Source: a virus
DNA length: 64,000 nucleotides
Strand: one strand, 5' to 3'
IMG/VR virus record: IMGVR_UViG_3300025264_002028
Location: 39,240-103,239 of that record
Shown here: positions 30,901 through 40,735 of the stretch, one piece after another
Position numbering within the stretch: position 1 is the first letter of the stretch
Layout of the letters: each line of letters begins with the position of its first letter
Translations under genes and position numbers: made by a program
Notes under the pieces: generated by a model
Told to the model about the DNA's origin: nothing
Databases searched by the model: none
Seen by the model: only the letters and a program-made list of their open reading frames with translations

Positions 30901-33080
30901 TACAGGATCTCACAGGTTCCACCGGAACAAGCTAATTCTTGTTGCAGCTTGGTGTTGTCTTCTTTTTCCACTACAGAAATATAATCTACATCCTGATATT
31001 CCCGGTTTAATTCAGTCCACAACTTATAATTATACACATCTTTCATACAATAAGTCAACTTCTTGATGTCATCATCAAAATATTTTTTAGTGAATCTATG
31101 GCATCTTTTTACCCAATTTCTTTTAGAGGACCCTTTAACCGGACCCCCTAGATTGAGTAGGGTATCACATGCAGCCCACAAATTATCTTCCCAAAGCGTT
31201 AAAGCTACTTCGATTAGCCCACTTACAAACATTACGCCATCCCCATGATGGGACACCATTTCACTAGGCAAATAGATGGTTGTAAAAGGGGCCTGAGGAT
31301 AATCTTTATCGCCGGTAACAGGTAATAGAGAAATCCCACAGAACCATTTTCTATTTCTGTAAATAAATTTTTCTACATCATCCCATTCACTCTCTTTGAT
31401 ATTAATAGTATTACTAACATTATGGCTAAGCCATGGCTGAGTGCATAAATCTTGATTTGTACCAGTAATCACCCAATTTTGTTGTGTAGATTTTACAGCG
31501 ATTAGGAGGTCTAAAGCCCCCACTTTATTCTTGGTTTTTGAGCCTGCTGCCACTTCAATACAAAAGGATATCACGTCATCGCTATCATTAGCGGACCACA
31601 CAGACTCCTGACAGGCTCTAGGATTAATTTTTTTAAAATGCTTATATATATCTTCCATTTTGTTAGCCTGAACGCGCCTAATGTACCTTTTTGCGTGATG
31701 TGGGTGTATTCCAGAGCTAGTTCCTAGTATACAACTAGCAGTACCTTCTGGCTTAACACACGTACATCTGGCAGCTTGATTAATACCAATTTTTTGGGCT
31801 AATTCTTTATTCACTTGCTTTACTGTTCTAGCTGCTCTTCTTTGGAACTCAGGAGATAGACATACCTCGTGTGCCTCCATTATACCAGTCATAGAAACGC
31901 CAATAAGCGCTTCCCGTTCCATAATGTTTTTGCTGGCATGTTCCAAATAGCCCACATCAGTAAAACCAGCTTGTAGAGTCCCAATAATAGCAGCAGCCCT
32001 TGCTGACTCATAAAGATCCTCTTCACTCTTAATTCGGGCACAATTAATTGTAGACAAATTACAGGCCTGCCATCCAGACTGACCAGTTTTTTGATCAACA
32101 GGCCAAAATCCTATTTCTACACAGGGATTCACTAAAAACTCAGTGGAGTCTGCCCAAACAAAACCGGGCTCGCCAAACTCTCTAACTGATTGCATCAAGT
32201 CAGAAAATTGTTCTGGCGTCGTAGTCTCTCTAAGCAGTAAGGCTGAGTTATTAGAACGTCCTCTTTGAGGATTCTCATGAAACCAGTTACCTGTTTTTGC
32301 GGACGCCATTTTTGTGTCATCTGGTGAAAACAGGCATATAGTAGCGCTTCGCCTAACACCACCACTAATAACAGCGTCAGCAGAATGCATAACAATATCA
32401 TAAGCATCAATTGGACTAAGTTGTTTATTACCATGTTTAACTGTTTCATCTAAAAGACTCTTTATATTTTTAAGTGACTTTTTAAGAGGTTCCGGTCCCG
32501 GAGCCTTTCCCCCATGAGAAAGAGGGGCGCCCGCTTCTCTTATTTTTGTAAAATCAAATACTACATTTTTACCGGAGTATTCTTTAAAATCTTTTGGTCT
32601 ATTAAAATAAGAATTAACCAACACACCAACTGCATCTGACCACCCCTCTATATTATCTTCTACCGTAAACCTTTTGGTGCCTTCTTTATTTTTTACTAAA
32701 TTAGGTAACTTAGCTACATGATGTTTCTGTACAGAAAATCCAGTCCCACACCCACAAAGAAGGAGATACATGCATTCTTGAAAGAATTGTGGGCGATCAC
32801 AGAAGGAGGAAATACAATTATACATCCTCATGTTATGTTTAAGAATGGGTTTTCCACCAAATTGTAAGGCACGTTGAGATCCTAAAACACGTCTCTTCTT
32901 CATCATATCATATGCCCACTCGATATCCTCATGTATCTCTGAAATATCTTCGTATTTTTTGAGCATCATTTTTTTTACACGATCTACAGTTTCATGCCAT
33001 GTTTCTCTTCTTTTTTTGTCTGATATCCATCGGGCATATTTAGCGACAAAAGTATAATCCATCAGCGATTTGATCGACAT
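30900..33080 (-). CDS. nrdJ: class II (adenosylcobalamin-dependent) ribonucleotide reductase
   Basis: YNC, GGVRRSA, NPCVEI, KPEGT, C-terminal CSGGTC; no beta subunit nearby. Confidence 0.9.
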   Translation of the reverse strand: MSIKSLMDYTFVAKYARWISDKKRRETWHETVDRVKKMMLKKYEDISEIHEDIEWAYDMMKKRRVLGSQRALQFGGKPILKHNMRMYNCISSFCDRPQFFQECMYLLLCGCGTGFSVQKHHVAKLPNLVKNKEGTKRFTVEDNIEGWSDAVGVLVNSYFNRPKDFKEYSGKNVVFDFTKIREAGAPLSHGGKAPGPEPLKKSLKNIKSLLDETVKHGNKQLSPIDAYDIVMHSADAVISGGVRRSATICLFSPDDTKMASAKTGNWFHENPQRGRSNNSALLLRETTTPEQFSDLMQSVREFGEPGFVWADSTEFLVNPCVEIGFWPVDQKTGQSGWQACNLSTINCARIKSEEDLYESARAAAIIGTLQAGFTDVGYLEHASKNIMEREALIGVSMTGIMEAHEVCLSPEFQRRAARTVKQVNKELAQKIGINQAARCTCVKPEGTASCILGTSSGIHPHHAKRYIRRVQANKMEDIYKHFKKINPRACQESVWSANDSDDVISFCIEVAAGSKTKNKVGALDLLIAVKSTQQNWVITGTNQDLCTQPWLSHNVSNTINIKESEWDDVEKFIYRNRKWFCGISLLPVTGDKDYPQAPFTTIYLPSEMVSHHGDGVMFVSGLIEVALTLWEDNLWAACDTLLNLGGPVKGSSKRNWVKRCHRFTKKYFDDDIKKLTYCMKDVYNYKLWTELNREYQDVDYISVVEKEDNTKLQQELACSGGTCEIL

Positions 33081-33095
33081 GAAATATATTTTCCT

Positions 33096-33551
33096 TTAGG
33101 TAATCTTTAAATCAAGATTTGTTTTAACATTGTAGATCTCTAGACCGTTCTTAACTAAAAATTGATGTACAGATGTATCGTTATCATTCTTGGAAGATAC
33201 AAAAGAATCTTTTTCTATGTACCACTTATTAATGCCATTTTGCCATAATAGTTTAGCACACCGAAAACATGGATAATGTGTGACATACGCTTTAAGGGGA
33301 CCAAAATATCTGCGTTCCATATTAGATACGGCATTTTCTTCAGCATGAACCATAAACGGATATTTTTCTGGACGAAAAGTAGGAAGGACAGAGTCGTTAC
33401 AACCTGCTGGAAAACCATTGTAACCCATACCTACTACATGATTAAGTGTATTAACTAAAACGCACCCAACCCTAGTCTCGCTATCGTGACTACGGATGGA
33501 TGCGTAATGAGCCATACCCATAAAATACTGATCCCAAGACGGTCTGTCCAT
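33096..33551 (-). CDS. dCMP deaminase
   Basis: RPSWD, GYNG, HAEENA, PCFRC. Confidence 0.92.
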   Translation of the reverse strand: MDRPSWDQYFMGMAHYASIRSHDSETRVGCVLVNTLNHVVGMGYNGFPAGCNDSVLPTFRPEKYPFMVHAEENAVSNMERRYFGPLKAYVTHYPCFRCAKLLWQNGINKWYIEKDSFVSSKNDNDTSVHQFLVKNGLEIYNVKTNLDLKIT

Positions 33552-33587
33552 TGTTTATTCCAAATTAAGAGATAGCCTGACACTTAC

Positions 33588-33616
33588 ATTATCTACAATT
33601 ATCTAGCTTTTGTCAA
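33588..33616 (-). promoter_or_regulatory. sigma70-type promoter upstream of dCMP deaminase/nrdJ
   Basis: TTGACA-17 nt-GATAAT with an upstream A-tract. Confidence 0.75.
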
Positions 33617-33633
33617 ACATTTTTTTGTAAAAA

Positions 33634-33942
33634 CTATCGGTTTCTCAATGTATTAATCATAACATCAAACTTTTCATTAAGTTTATCATTTAAGTGTAGT
33701 TTGCAGTCTGCCACGCTACTTTCTAGGTTGTCTATTTTTGTTTCTATTTTGCCTTCTAGGCTATCGACTTTATTTTCTAAAGATGTTAATCTTCTATTTA
33801 ATGAATCGTTCACTCTCTCCTCCAGTAAAATAATTTTTTTACCATGAGTCATAATAGTAAACAACATCCAGCCCATTAAGGGTATAAATACCATACCGAC
33901 AACTTCAGCTATACTTTTAAGCAGTTGCCATGTATCAGTCAT
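33634..33942 (-). CDS. membrane-anchored coiled-coil protein
   Basis: N-terminal TM segment then heptad pattern. Confidence 0.65.
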   Translation of the reverse strand: MTDTWQLLKSIAEVVGMVFIPLMGWMLFTIMTHGKKIILLEERVNDSLNRRLTSLENKVDSLEGKIETKIDNLESSVADCKLHLNDKLNEKFDVMINTLRNR

Positions 33943-33963
33943 AACAAGCCTTTCATATAAAAT

Positions 33964-33997
33964 AAAAAAAAAGGGGGAGAGAAATTCCCTCCCCCTT
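33964..33997 (-). terminator. intrinsic terminator
   Basis: AAGGGGGAGGGA/TCTCTCCCCCTT stem followed by a T-run. Confidence 0.85.
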
Positions 33998-34011
33998 CTT
34001 ATAAGTTTAGA

Positions 34012-34710
34012 TTACATACCAGTAATTGGTGAATAATCGAAGAAGTCACCGCCAGTTGCGACAGTAAGATCAACGAAATCAACTTTCATTACCAACTCAC
34101 CCGGAATGGCTCTAGTTGGATTAGCAGCCTTGTCTGTTCTAGCACCAGTAGCACCAGCAATCGGGTCCCACATATTGGTAGTAGACAGGGTGTCTGGAGC
34201 AGTCGCGGTATCCATACCACCAGTAGCCACGTCTAGCCAGTTAATTCTGGAGTCGGTCATTTTGGCTCCAGTACGTGTGGTATGTGTCCAGCTAAACCGA
34301 TCAGCACGGAATGCCGTGACAATCTTAGCCCCATAATCATGCTGGAATTGAAGAATCGCTTGATTCGAGGTGCCAACGCCCATGAATAGCAAGTTTGTTT
34401 TAGCCACACCAGAAAGGGTGGTGGATTGACGAGCAATAACATATTTGCCCTCAGCTTCGTAGGCAAACGTACCAGCGCTTAAAGCCTTTTGAGCATTATA
34501 AGCGCCATTACCAGTAATAATTCTAGGTAGCGTGTTAGAGTCTGCGGCGAGCGATACGCCATCTTTAAGAGAGAGCGCTTTGGTGATAACTGCACCAAGT
34601 CCGCTGGTCACAGCTGAATTCTGTAGAATGCATCCACCTTCTACTGCAAAAATAAAAGCGCCGCCCGTCGTGTTAACTAAATAAGCACTTGTAGATGTAG
34701 GAACTGCCAT
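34012..34710 (-). CDS. putative abundant virion protein
   Basis: Ala/Thr/Gly-rich; strong SD GGAGG; own terminator; TGTGTAT motif upstream. Confidence 0.5.
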   Translation of the reverse strand: MAVPTSTSAYLVNTTGGAFIFAVEGGCILQNSAVTSGLGAVITKALSLKDGVSLAADSNTLPRIITGNGAYNAQKALSAGTFAYEAEGKYVIARQSTTLSGVAKTNLLFMGVGTSNQAILQFQHDYGAKIVTAFRADRFSWTHTTRTGAKMTDSRINWLDVATGGMDTATAPDTLSTTNMWDPIAGATGARTDKAANPTRAIPGELVMKVDFVDLTVATGGDFFDYSPITGM

Positions 34711-34800
34711 TAGATAAGCCTCCATAATGGAAATAAATATATGTTCCTACAATATCCAAAAACGGTCCGGTTCCTATCTAACAATACACAAAAAGCCGTC

Positions 34801-35253
34801 TCATCGGTTTATTTTTTCAAATGATTTTAAGGCTTTTTTAAATCTTCTTCTAGCGGTTTCTCGACTGTAACCGTTTTGCCGTCCCATTTCTTCCATGGTC
34901 ATGCCGTATACATATTTTTGTTTAATCAAAATAGTATATTCATCACTTAAACCGTCTAGCACATGATCTATATCGTCTATAACCTCACTAGACTTTTCGA
35001 TATTTTTACAGCTGAACTCCCTTTTCTTTTTTTTCATAGTATTTTTTATAGCATAGTCAAGCTGTTGATATAGAAACGTAGTAAACTTAGTTTTTTTAGA
35101 TGGATCATATCTGTTAAGACATCTCCAAAGTGTAGTTAATTTTAGTGAATACAAATCGTCTGCGCTTAAAGCAGTAGAATATCTTGCGCAAACCTTATTC
35201 ATAACCTTAATATTATCAATATTGCTCAAGGATTCTTCAAAAGTTCTATCCAT
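34801..35253 (-). CDS. small sigma70/ECF-like RNA polymerase sigma factor
   Basis: Region 2 (YDPSKKTKFTTFLY) and region 4 HTH (MTMEEMG...SRETARRRFKKAL). Confidence 0.85.
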   Translation of the reverse strand: MDRTFEESLSNIDNIKVMNKVCARYSTALSADDLYSLKLTTLWRCLNRYDPSKKTKFTTFLYQQLDYAIKNTMKKKKREFSCKNIEKSSEVIDDIDHVLDGLSDEYTILIKQKYVYGMTMEEMGRQNGYSRETARRRFKKALKSFEKINR

Positions 35254-35881
35254 TCGTGCTCCTTAATATAACACCACCTAATTTTTGCTTGAGGGCTTCC
35301 AATTCACTAAGTTCATCTAAATACTGTTTATTCATATCGTCTGAAACTATATAATCTATTTCTCCTTGTGGTGAAACAAATATAGACCAATATCTATTGG
35401 TGTCCAGTTGTTCTTTAACCAAATCAACAGCCAACATTATTTCTGCGTCGTCGAGAACTTCGCTCACGGTGTAATTACATATTGTATCTTCTATTTCTTT
35501 TCTGACTTCGGAAGTATTGAACATTTTTGCAATACCCACAAAAAATGTATATCTTCCAAGAGGTTTTAAGGCCTCAATACCGTTAACATCTTCTAGCACT
35601 TCAATTATTTCATTAGTTAAATCAAAATTGGTATAGCACATCCAACAATCCCACCTATCGGATGGTTTAAGTGAGGACTCTGCTGGGTAAGGCCCATATG
35701 GGGTGTACACTACCTTTTGTTTGACGGGAACAAAATATTCTTTCAAAAGTCCTTCTGGATCAGTGTCCATCATACCAAATTCTTCGTTTTCTTCTTCTGG
35801 TTGGGGTTTCTCTTCTCTTAATATTTCTTCTATTTTGGCATTCCAGCTCTCCCAGCCTATTTTTTTAGATGTGGACATCAT
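35246..35881 (-). CDS. hypothetical phage protein
   Basis: SD AAGGAG before ATG 35881. Confidence 0.7.
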   Translation of the reverse strand: MMSTSKKIGWESWNAKIEEILREEKPQPEEENEEFGMMDTDPEGLLKEYFVPVKQKVVYTPYGPYPAESSLKPSDRWDCWMCYTNFDLTNEIIEVLEDVNGIEALKPLGRYTFFVGIAKMFNTSEVRKEIEDTICNYTVSEVLDDAEIMLAVDLVKEQLDTNRYWSIFVSPQGEIDYIVSDDMNKQYLDELSELEALKQKLGGVILRSTNG

Positions 35882-35926
35882 ATATCTCCTTAAAGCTAGG
35901 ACTATATATACTATCAAGTATACACA

Positions 35927-36268
35927 TTATGGCTTGACTTGTAGTGGAGATACTGCCACATCATCCTTATTTTTATTTGACACATGAAGTTCCTGTAATT
36001 GGGTATATTTAACTAAGAGTTTATTGAATTCTTCTTGTCTACCACCAGACACACATTTTTCATAAAGATCCTCTAATAGAATAGTAACCAAATTATCATA
36101 TTTTAATTTATACAATATGGTAGCTAAAAAATCAATGTTTACTTCTCCATCTTGCCACCCACATTCAAAAAAAACCATACCTTCGTGATCCGTAGATACT
36201 GTTACGAAACAGCTTTTTTCGTCATCTTCTGAAGGTGGAAGATCCGAATTTTGAGATAAGTTCGACAT
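35927..36268 (-). CDS. hypothetical protein
   Basis: ORF; start reset to ATG 36268. Confidence 0.6.
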   Translation of the reverse strand: MSNLSQNSDLPPSEDDEKSCFVTVSTDHEGMVFFECGWQDGEVNIDFLATILYKLKYDNLVTILLEDLYEKCVSGGRQEEFNKLLVKYTQLQELHVSNKNKDDVAVSPLQVKP

Positions 36269-36626
36269 AGTAAGGGTCCAGCTCCGGTAGGTGGGATTTT
36301 TCCATTTTATCAAAAGTATAAAAATCACCCTTTTTTTCTATTACACCAGAAAGAGATAGTGTTGTTATGTAAATCACTTCGGCCTCAGATAGGTTTAATT
36401 TTCTGAAACCGCACAACATCTTTGTAGCCCATTCATAGTCTACATTTAAATATTTTTCATGTATAGAGCGAAGGGTGGATGACTCATCTCCTGTTCCCAT
36501 ATATGCGGAAGGTAAAAACCCCTCATTAGTTAGGAGGGTCTTAATGTAATTATCATCGGTAGGAAACAGAGATTTATTCATTGTTATCACAAGATAACTA
36601 ATTTTAATCTTCATTTGTTGACTCAT
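36222..36626 (-). CDS. hypothetical protein
   Basis: ORF in operon. Confidence 0.6.
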   Translation of the reverse strand: MSQQMKIKISYLVITMNKSLFPTDDNYIKTLLTNEGFLPSAYMGTGDESSTLRSIHEKYLNVDYEWATKMLCGFRKLNLSEAEVIYITTLSLSGVIEKKGDFYTFDKMEKSHLPELDPYYVELISKFGSSTFRR

Positions 36627-36858
36627 CGAGATCTTGTGCTGACTGTAACTGTTGCATCATTTGTGACTTCATCTCTTGAATCACATTAAAATTGCTTTGG
36701 GCCGATTCATACTTCTTAACGGCATTTATAAATTCCCCAAAAACATCGGGGTGTTCACCAATACCTACCGAACTGGTCATGTAGAGATTAAGAGTAAGAG
36801 CGTGCTCATCCATAAGAGCCTTAAAGAGTGATTCGGCAGCGTTCAAAAAATTATTCAT
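36604..36858 (-). CDS. small phage protein (VGIGEH motif)
   Basis: SSVGIGEHPD; paralog of 59965-60183. Confidence 0.7.
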   Translation of the reverse strand: MNNFLNAAESLFKALMDEHALTLNLYMTSSVGIGEHPDVFGEFINAVKKYESAQSNFNVIQEMKSQMMQQLQSAQDLDESTNED

Positions 36859-36871
36859 GTTTTCTCCCAAT

Positions 36872-36915
36872 AAAAAAGAAAAAGTGAGTCGCTATACTCC
36901 ATTATAGCAACTCAC
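36872..36915 (-). terminator. intrinsic terminator overlapping a promoter -10 box
   Basis: 13 bp stem GTGAGTTGCTATA/TATAGCGACTCAC then TTTTTCTTTTTT. Confidence 0.8.
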
Positions 36916-36929
36916 CTTCAATATGTCAA
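36901..36929 (-). promoter_or_regulatory. consensus sigma70 promoter
   Basis: TTGACA-17 nt-TATAAT with A-tract UP element. Confidence 0.9.
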
Positions 36930-36980
36930 TTTTTTTTACTTTTTTTTGAAAGTAACTTGGAATTGACTTACCTATATTAT

Positions 36981-37160
36981 TCAGACGGTTTCCCGTACCG
37001 TGTCGCCAATAATCCATGCAGCGACAATAGTCGTAACACCCACAATTTGCTCAGTGTCGAATTCCATACCAAAAATTTCTGAGCCAACCACAGCGATAAC
37101 GCCAGCAGCGGCTACCCAAAAACGACGCGATTTAAGCAACGAAACAAGTTTATCTTTCAT
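36981..37160 (-). CDS. holin-like small membrane protein (59 aa, not in ORF track)
   Basis: MKDKLVSLLKSRRFWVAAAGVIAVV...IVGVTTIVAAWIIGD; two TM segments; KSRRFW holin-type motif; SD AGGAG. Confidence 0.7.
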   Translation of the reverse strand: MKDKLVSLLKSRRFWVAAAGVIAVVGSEIFGMEFDTEQIVGVTTIVAAWIIGDTVRETV

Positions 37161-37185
37161 AACAGTTCTCCTATAAAGTAAAATT

Positions 37186-37833
37186 TTAGCCGTCCGTGTT
37201 CACACAAATACTAGGTCCATACAGTTTCTGTATTTTTTGTATATCGTCTGCCTGTGGCCCCAAAGAGTTATTTATATAAGGAAACATTAACGCATTTTCA
37301 TCATTAGAATGGTCGAGACCTAATAAATGTCCGATTTCATGAGCGGCTACAGATCGTAATACGATACCCTGAAGATAATCCTCAGGTATTACCCATTTTT
37401 CAGCGAGGTCAAACTTAGTCAACAGCTGACCATCAAAATCTTTGTCATTCGGCATTTGTGCCCAAGCTAATATGCCTCCCCTTCTACCGAAACCCTCACG
37501 CCATCTACGTCCCACGCTAATGATAATATCGGCTTCATTTGAACGGTTGGTGTGCTCAAAAACAAGTGGAGTTATTGCAGACCAAGCGTCAAAAGCGAGC
37601 TTAAATTCGTGATCCCATACATCTCTTTCTAATTCTCTCGTGTCCCTGCCTTGCATATGATAAGAAAGATTATTTTTTCCCCATTTTGATTTTTTTCCAG
37701 ATACATCCTCTATTGAATCTTTAACGCCACATCTTGGATAGTTTTTTGATATCGAGTATGCTTCGTTTTGATTATATATTGAAAAACCTAAAAATGCCGA
37801 CAAGGTACCAGCACAAAATTTTCTTCTTCTCAT
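37186..37833 (-). CDS. matrixin (M10) zinc metalloprotease with cysteine switch
   Basis: HEIGHLLGLDHS, Met-turn ALMFP, PRCGVKD, N-terminal RRRKF. Confidence 0.9.
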   Translation of the reverse strand: MRRRKFCAGTLSAFLGFSIYNQNEAYSISKNYPRCGVKDSIEDVSGKKSKWGKNNLSYHMQGRDTRELERDVWDHEFKLAFDAWSAITPLVFEHTNRSNEADIIISVGRRWREGFGRRGGILAWAQMPNDKDFDGQLLTKFDLAEKWVIPEDYLQGIVLRSVAAHEIGHLLGLDHSNDENALMFPYINNSLGPQADDIQKIQKLYGPSICVNTDG

Positions 37834-37844
37834 CGTAACCCCCT

Positions 37845-37886
37845 AAAAAAGCACTAAAGCCCCCAATCCATTGAGAGCCTTAGAGT
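37845..37886 (-). terminator. intrinsic terminator
   Basis: CTAAGGCTCTCAAT/ATTGGGGGCTTTAG stem (G-U pairs) then T6. Confidence 0.65.
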
Positions 37887-37893
37887 TTACATC

Positions 37894-38076
37894 CTAGTCT
37901 TTTACAAACAGCTGTTTGAAAGAATCTACAGACCACCATCCCTGCCACACACCACCGAAAAACACACCAGCGCCGACACAAGCCAAAAAGAGCAACGGTC
38001 GACGGTTTGCTAATTCGAGGGGATGCGTGAGGCCATAAATTAGGCTTCGTAACGGTTTTTTTTCGTCAAAACCCAT
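37894..38076 (-). CDS. small membrane protein
   Basis: One TM segment. Confidence 0.6.
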   Translation of the reverse strand: MGFDEKKPLRSLIYGLTHPLELANRRPLLFLACVGAGVFFGGVWQGWWSVDSFKQLFVKD

Positions 38077-38104
38077 GATTACCCCTTTGTAAACAGGAAA
38101 TTAA

Positions 38105-38299
38105 TTAAAACACCCTAAAAACGCCATATGCAATTACAGCAACGGCAGCAGCTATCGCAAACCACTTAAATACACTCGCTAGAGCTAAAAGTAAATCACG
38201 AAGTGGTCTGGGTCGCTTTATTCTCCACTCTCTATATCTATCTACTCGTTTTCTATAGGCCTCCCTACGTTTTTCTGCCTTTTCTGCAAATGATGCCAT
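38105..38299 (-). CDS. small membrane protein, basic N-terminus
   Basis: C-terminal hydrophobic segment. Confidence 0.6.
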   Translation of the reverse strand: MASFAEKAEKRREAYRKRVDRYREWRIKRPRPLRDLLLALASVFKWFAIAAAVAVIAYGVFRVF

Positions 38300-38316
38300 T
38301 ATATTTCCTCATTTTA

Positions 38317-39372
38317 TCAAATACCACCCAGTAACTCATTAGCCGAATTTTTCCACGAAAATTTTACAGCCGTATTGATGCCTGATGTATTAGGTGATAA
38401 GGAGCCCTCATTTTTTTTGTGATATATTGATCTCATATGTTCTATGGTTTGGTCTTTTTGATTTTCAGATATTTCCGCCCAAAAACCTCTGTCACCGTGA
38501 AACCAAACGCCATCATAGGCGGTTTCTAGGTTATCAATATTTATCAAATGGGCATTTTCTGTGGTACAAAATTCCGTGTGACCGGAGTAATTGGTAGCTA
38601 TAACGTGTTTACCGCAACTCATCATTTCAAGTAATTCTAAGTTCCAGCCCTCCGCTCTGGCGGGAAAAATACCACAATCTGTTTGTGTCATAATATTATA
38701 CACATCTTTTTGTGTTTTTTGACGGGGAATGACGCGGATTTTGTCTCCGAGAGGAGACGATTTGTATGTATCAATCCATTTTTGATTATCAACATTAGGA
38801 AATGGGTTATCGCACATCATCCACAATTCCACATTATCGTTATAGTTAAATGCTTCATTAAAATAATCCACCAAAACATCATGTCCCTTTCTAACTTCCC
38901 ATTTTCCACAATTAAAAAAAATAGTCTGTTGTCGGGAAGATGGTTTTTCCTTAAAAATATTTCTATCAACACCCAAAGGCACAACGTGAATATTGTCACC
39001 GTTAAAACTTGTATTTTGAGCAACAATTTCCTTGGCCCACCTAGAACAAACAAATATTTTATCACAGTGTAACATACTGGCAACTTCAGTAGGACTAAAT
39101 TTAGTTAATTCAAAAACGGGAAAGCCAACATGCACCCCTTTACCTACATGATGATGTAGCTCATGCTGATGCCATAATCGCACAGAAGGAGAAGACGTGC
39201 TAACCGATTGTTGGTTACTAAGGCATTTTTCTACTATTGCCATATCGGGCATTTGTTCTGGTTGCCCAATGGGATACAGGGCAACACCATTATTTTTGTG
39301 TAGCTCTTTCATAATGTTATAGCCAGCAATACCATATCCCAAATTATTAATTGGGGCTGTTAAATTTATCAT
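38317..39372 (-). CDS. GT4 glycosyltransferase
   Basis: VPLGVD, KWEVRKGHD, RAEGWNLELLEMMSCG. Confidence 0.9.
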   Translation of the reverse strand: MINLTAPINNLGYGIAGYNIMKELHKNNGVALYPIGQPEQMPDMAIVEKCLSNQQSVSTSSPSVRLWHQHELHHHVGKGVHVGFPVFELTKFSPTEVASMLHCDKIFVCSRWAKEIVAQNTSFNGDNIHVVPLGVDRNIFKEKPSSRQQTIFFNCGKWEVRKGHDVLVDYFNEAFNYNDNVELWMMCDNPFPNVDNQKWIDTYKSSPLGDKIRVIPRQKTQKDVYNIMTQTDCGIFPARAEGWNLELLEMMSCGKHVIATNYSGHTEFCTTENAHLINIDNLETAYDGVWFHGDRGFWAEISENQKDQTIEHMRSIYHKKNEGSLSPNTSGINTAVKFSWKNSANELLGGI

Positions 39373-39823
39373 TTTTGATCCTTTGCGTTATTACAGTAGT
39401 AGATATCGCTTTAGCGTAAGGAATAAACAAAATTTCACACTTCATATCGTCCAGTAATTCTTGTGTTAGATTTAAATAACTCAAATAATTTTTTGTTTTC
39501 CAGTTTGACCCCAAAACAATGTAATGGGGCTTACACACCTGTTCTATAAGATATCGCTGGTTGTGTTCAGAAGGAACTATAAACGCTTCGTCTACATATT
39601 GACATGCTTGAACGACTTCTAGGCGCTCATTACCATGCATAATTGGCGTATTTTCCTCAGAAAAATGATCTCCTTCAATAGCCACAATCAGCTTGCAGCT
39701 CTGACTGAAAACATAGGCGCGATTTTTTTTTCTAAAATATCTTTTGATGTTTCTAAGAAATTTGACATGTCCGTAATGGAACAAATCAAATGTGCCTCTG
39801 GTGTAAACTATGGGGGGGCTCAT
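39347..39823 (-). CDS. cytidylyltransferase (TagD/RfaE-like)
   Basis: GTFDLFHYGH, ISTT. Confidence 0.88.
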   Translation of the reverse strand: MSPPIVYTRGTFDLFHYGHVKFLRNIKRYFRKKNRAYVFSQSCKLIVAIEGDHFSEENTPIMHGNERLEVVQACQYVDEAFIVPSEHNQRYLIEQVCKPHYIVLGSNWKTKNYLSYLNLTQELLDDMKCEILFIPYAKAISTTVITQRIKNDKFNSPN

Positions 39824-39900
39824 GTCTATGCCTTTGTGTGTGTGTTCTTAAATCTTGGAGAAGAAAGGACTCAGTCGGAAAAGAAGAGGTAGGACATACC

Positions 39901-40734
39901 TTAATTATCTAGTATTTTTTTTATTACCGGAGCCAACGTATCATATACCGCAAAATGTTCTTCTGTAGTGGGATAATAACTATTATGGGTCATAACTCGT
40001 TTTGGCTCCCCTAAAAACTCTTGTGCGTACTTATTTTCTTGGGGAAAAGGGAATCTTTCGGGCTCAGACTGATATATTATTTCTACGAATTCGTCGGCTT
40101 CTTCAGCAATATTCATTATGGTGTCTTTGTCAATCAATTGGGGGAACCTACCAAATAAAGTATTTGTATCAGTTGTATCTATAGTGTTATCTGAATATCC
40201 AAATTTTGACATGAATAAAAATATGACTGGCACAGTAATAGCCCTAAAAAGTTCTTTGAACTCCTTCATGTATTGCACACGAGTTTCCAAAACTAATTCT
40301 ATAATTTTATCCGTTTCAAATTTATTAATTATATATTCCCAAAAGACTTGTCCTACACAGTGCTCACCGGTTATTTCATTTTTTCCATGATTAGACCACG
40401 CTGTCCAATATTTATTACTCACGCTTCTTCCAGACATAACTGTTACAACCGCCAACTGACCTCTATTAATAACATCTAAATTATCCACAAAAAAGGGACT
40501 GGAAGGCCCATGGCCAGCAGTTCCAAAGTTTGCACATTCAACACCTAAAAAATTATGAATAAGTGTCGGAAAAGGGAACGACGCATATCTTCCAAAAACT
40601 TGTCCAGCCCCCAAAAACGAAATATAATCTTTCTCTAACATAGGAGCAGGACCCCTAAAGGGATGCCTATTGGAATGCCATATTTCATAATTAAACCAAG
40701 GGTCTTCTTTTTGATAGTATCCGTAGTCTAGCAT
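39901..40734 (-). CDS. DUF6473-like (SGNH-like) protein
   Basis: FLGAGQVFGRY..FP, ANFG, MSGRSVSN, YYPTTEEH. Confidence 0.6.
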   Translation of the reverse strand: MLDYGYYQKEDPWFNYEIWHSNRHPFRGPAPMLEKDYISFLGAGQVFGRYASFPFPTLIHNFLGVECANFGTAGHGPSSPFFVDNLDVINRGQLAVVTVMSGRSVSNKYWTAWSNHGKNEITGEHCVGQVFWEYIINKFETDKIIELVLETRVQYMKEFKELFRAITVPVIFLFMSKFGYSDNTIDTTDTNTLFGRFPQLIDKDTIMNIAEEADEFVEIIYQSEPERFPFPQENKYAQEFLGEPKRVMTHNSYYPTTEEHFAVYDTLAPVIKKILDN

Positions 40735-40735
40735 C

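Noticed and set aside
9263-33080. Inteins or introns in dnaE, dnaB, recA, nrdJ
   Set aside because: No splice-junction motifs, homing endonuclease motifs or size excess seen.
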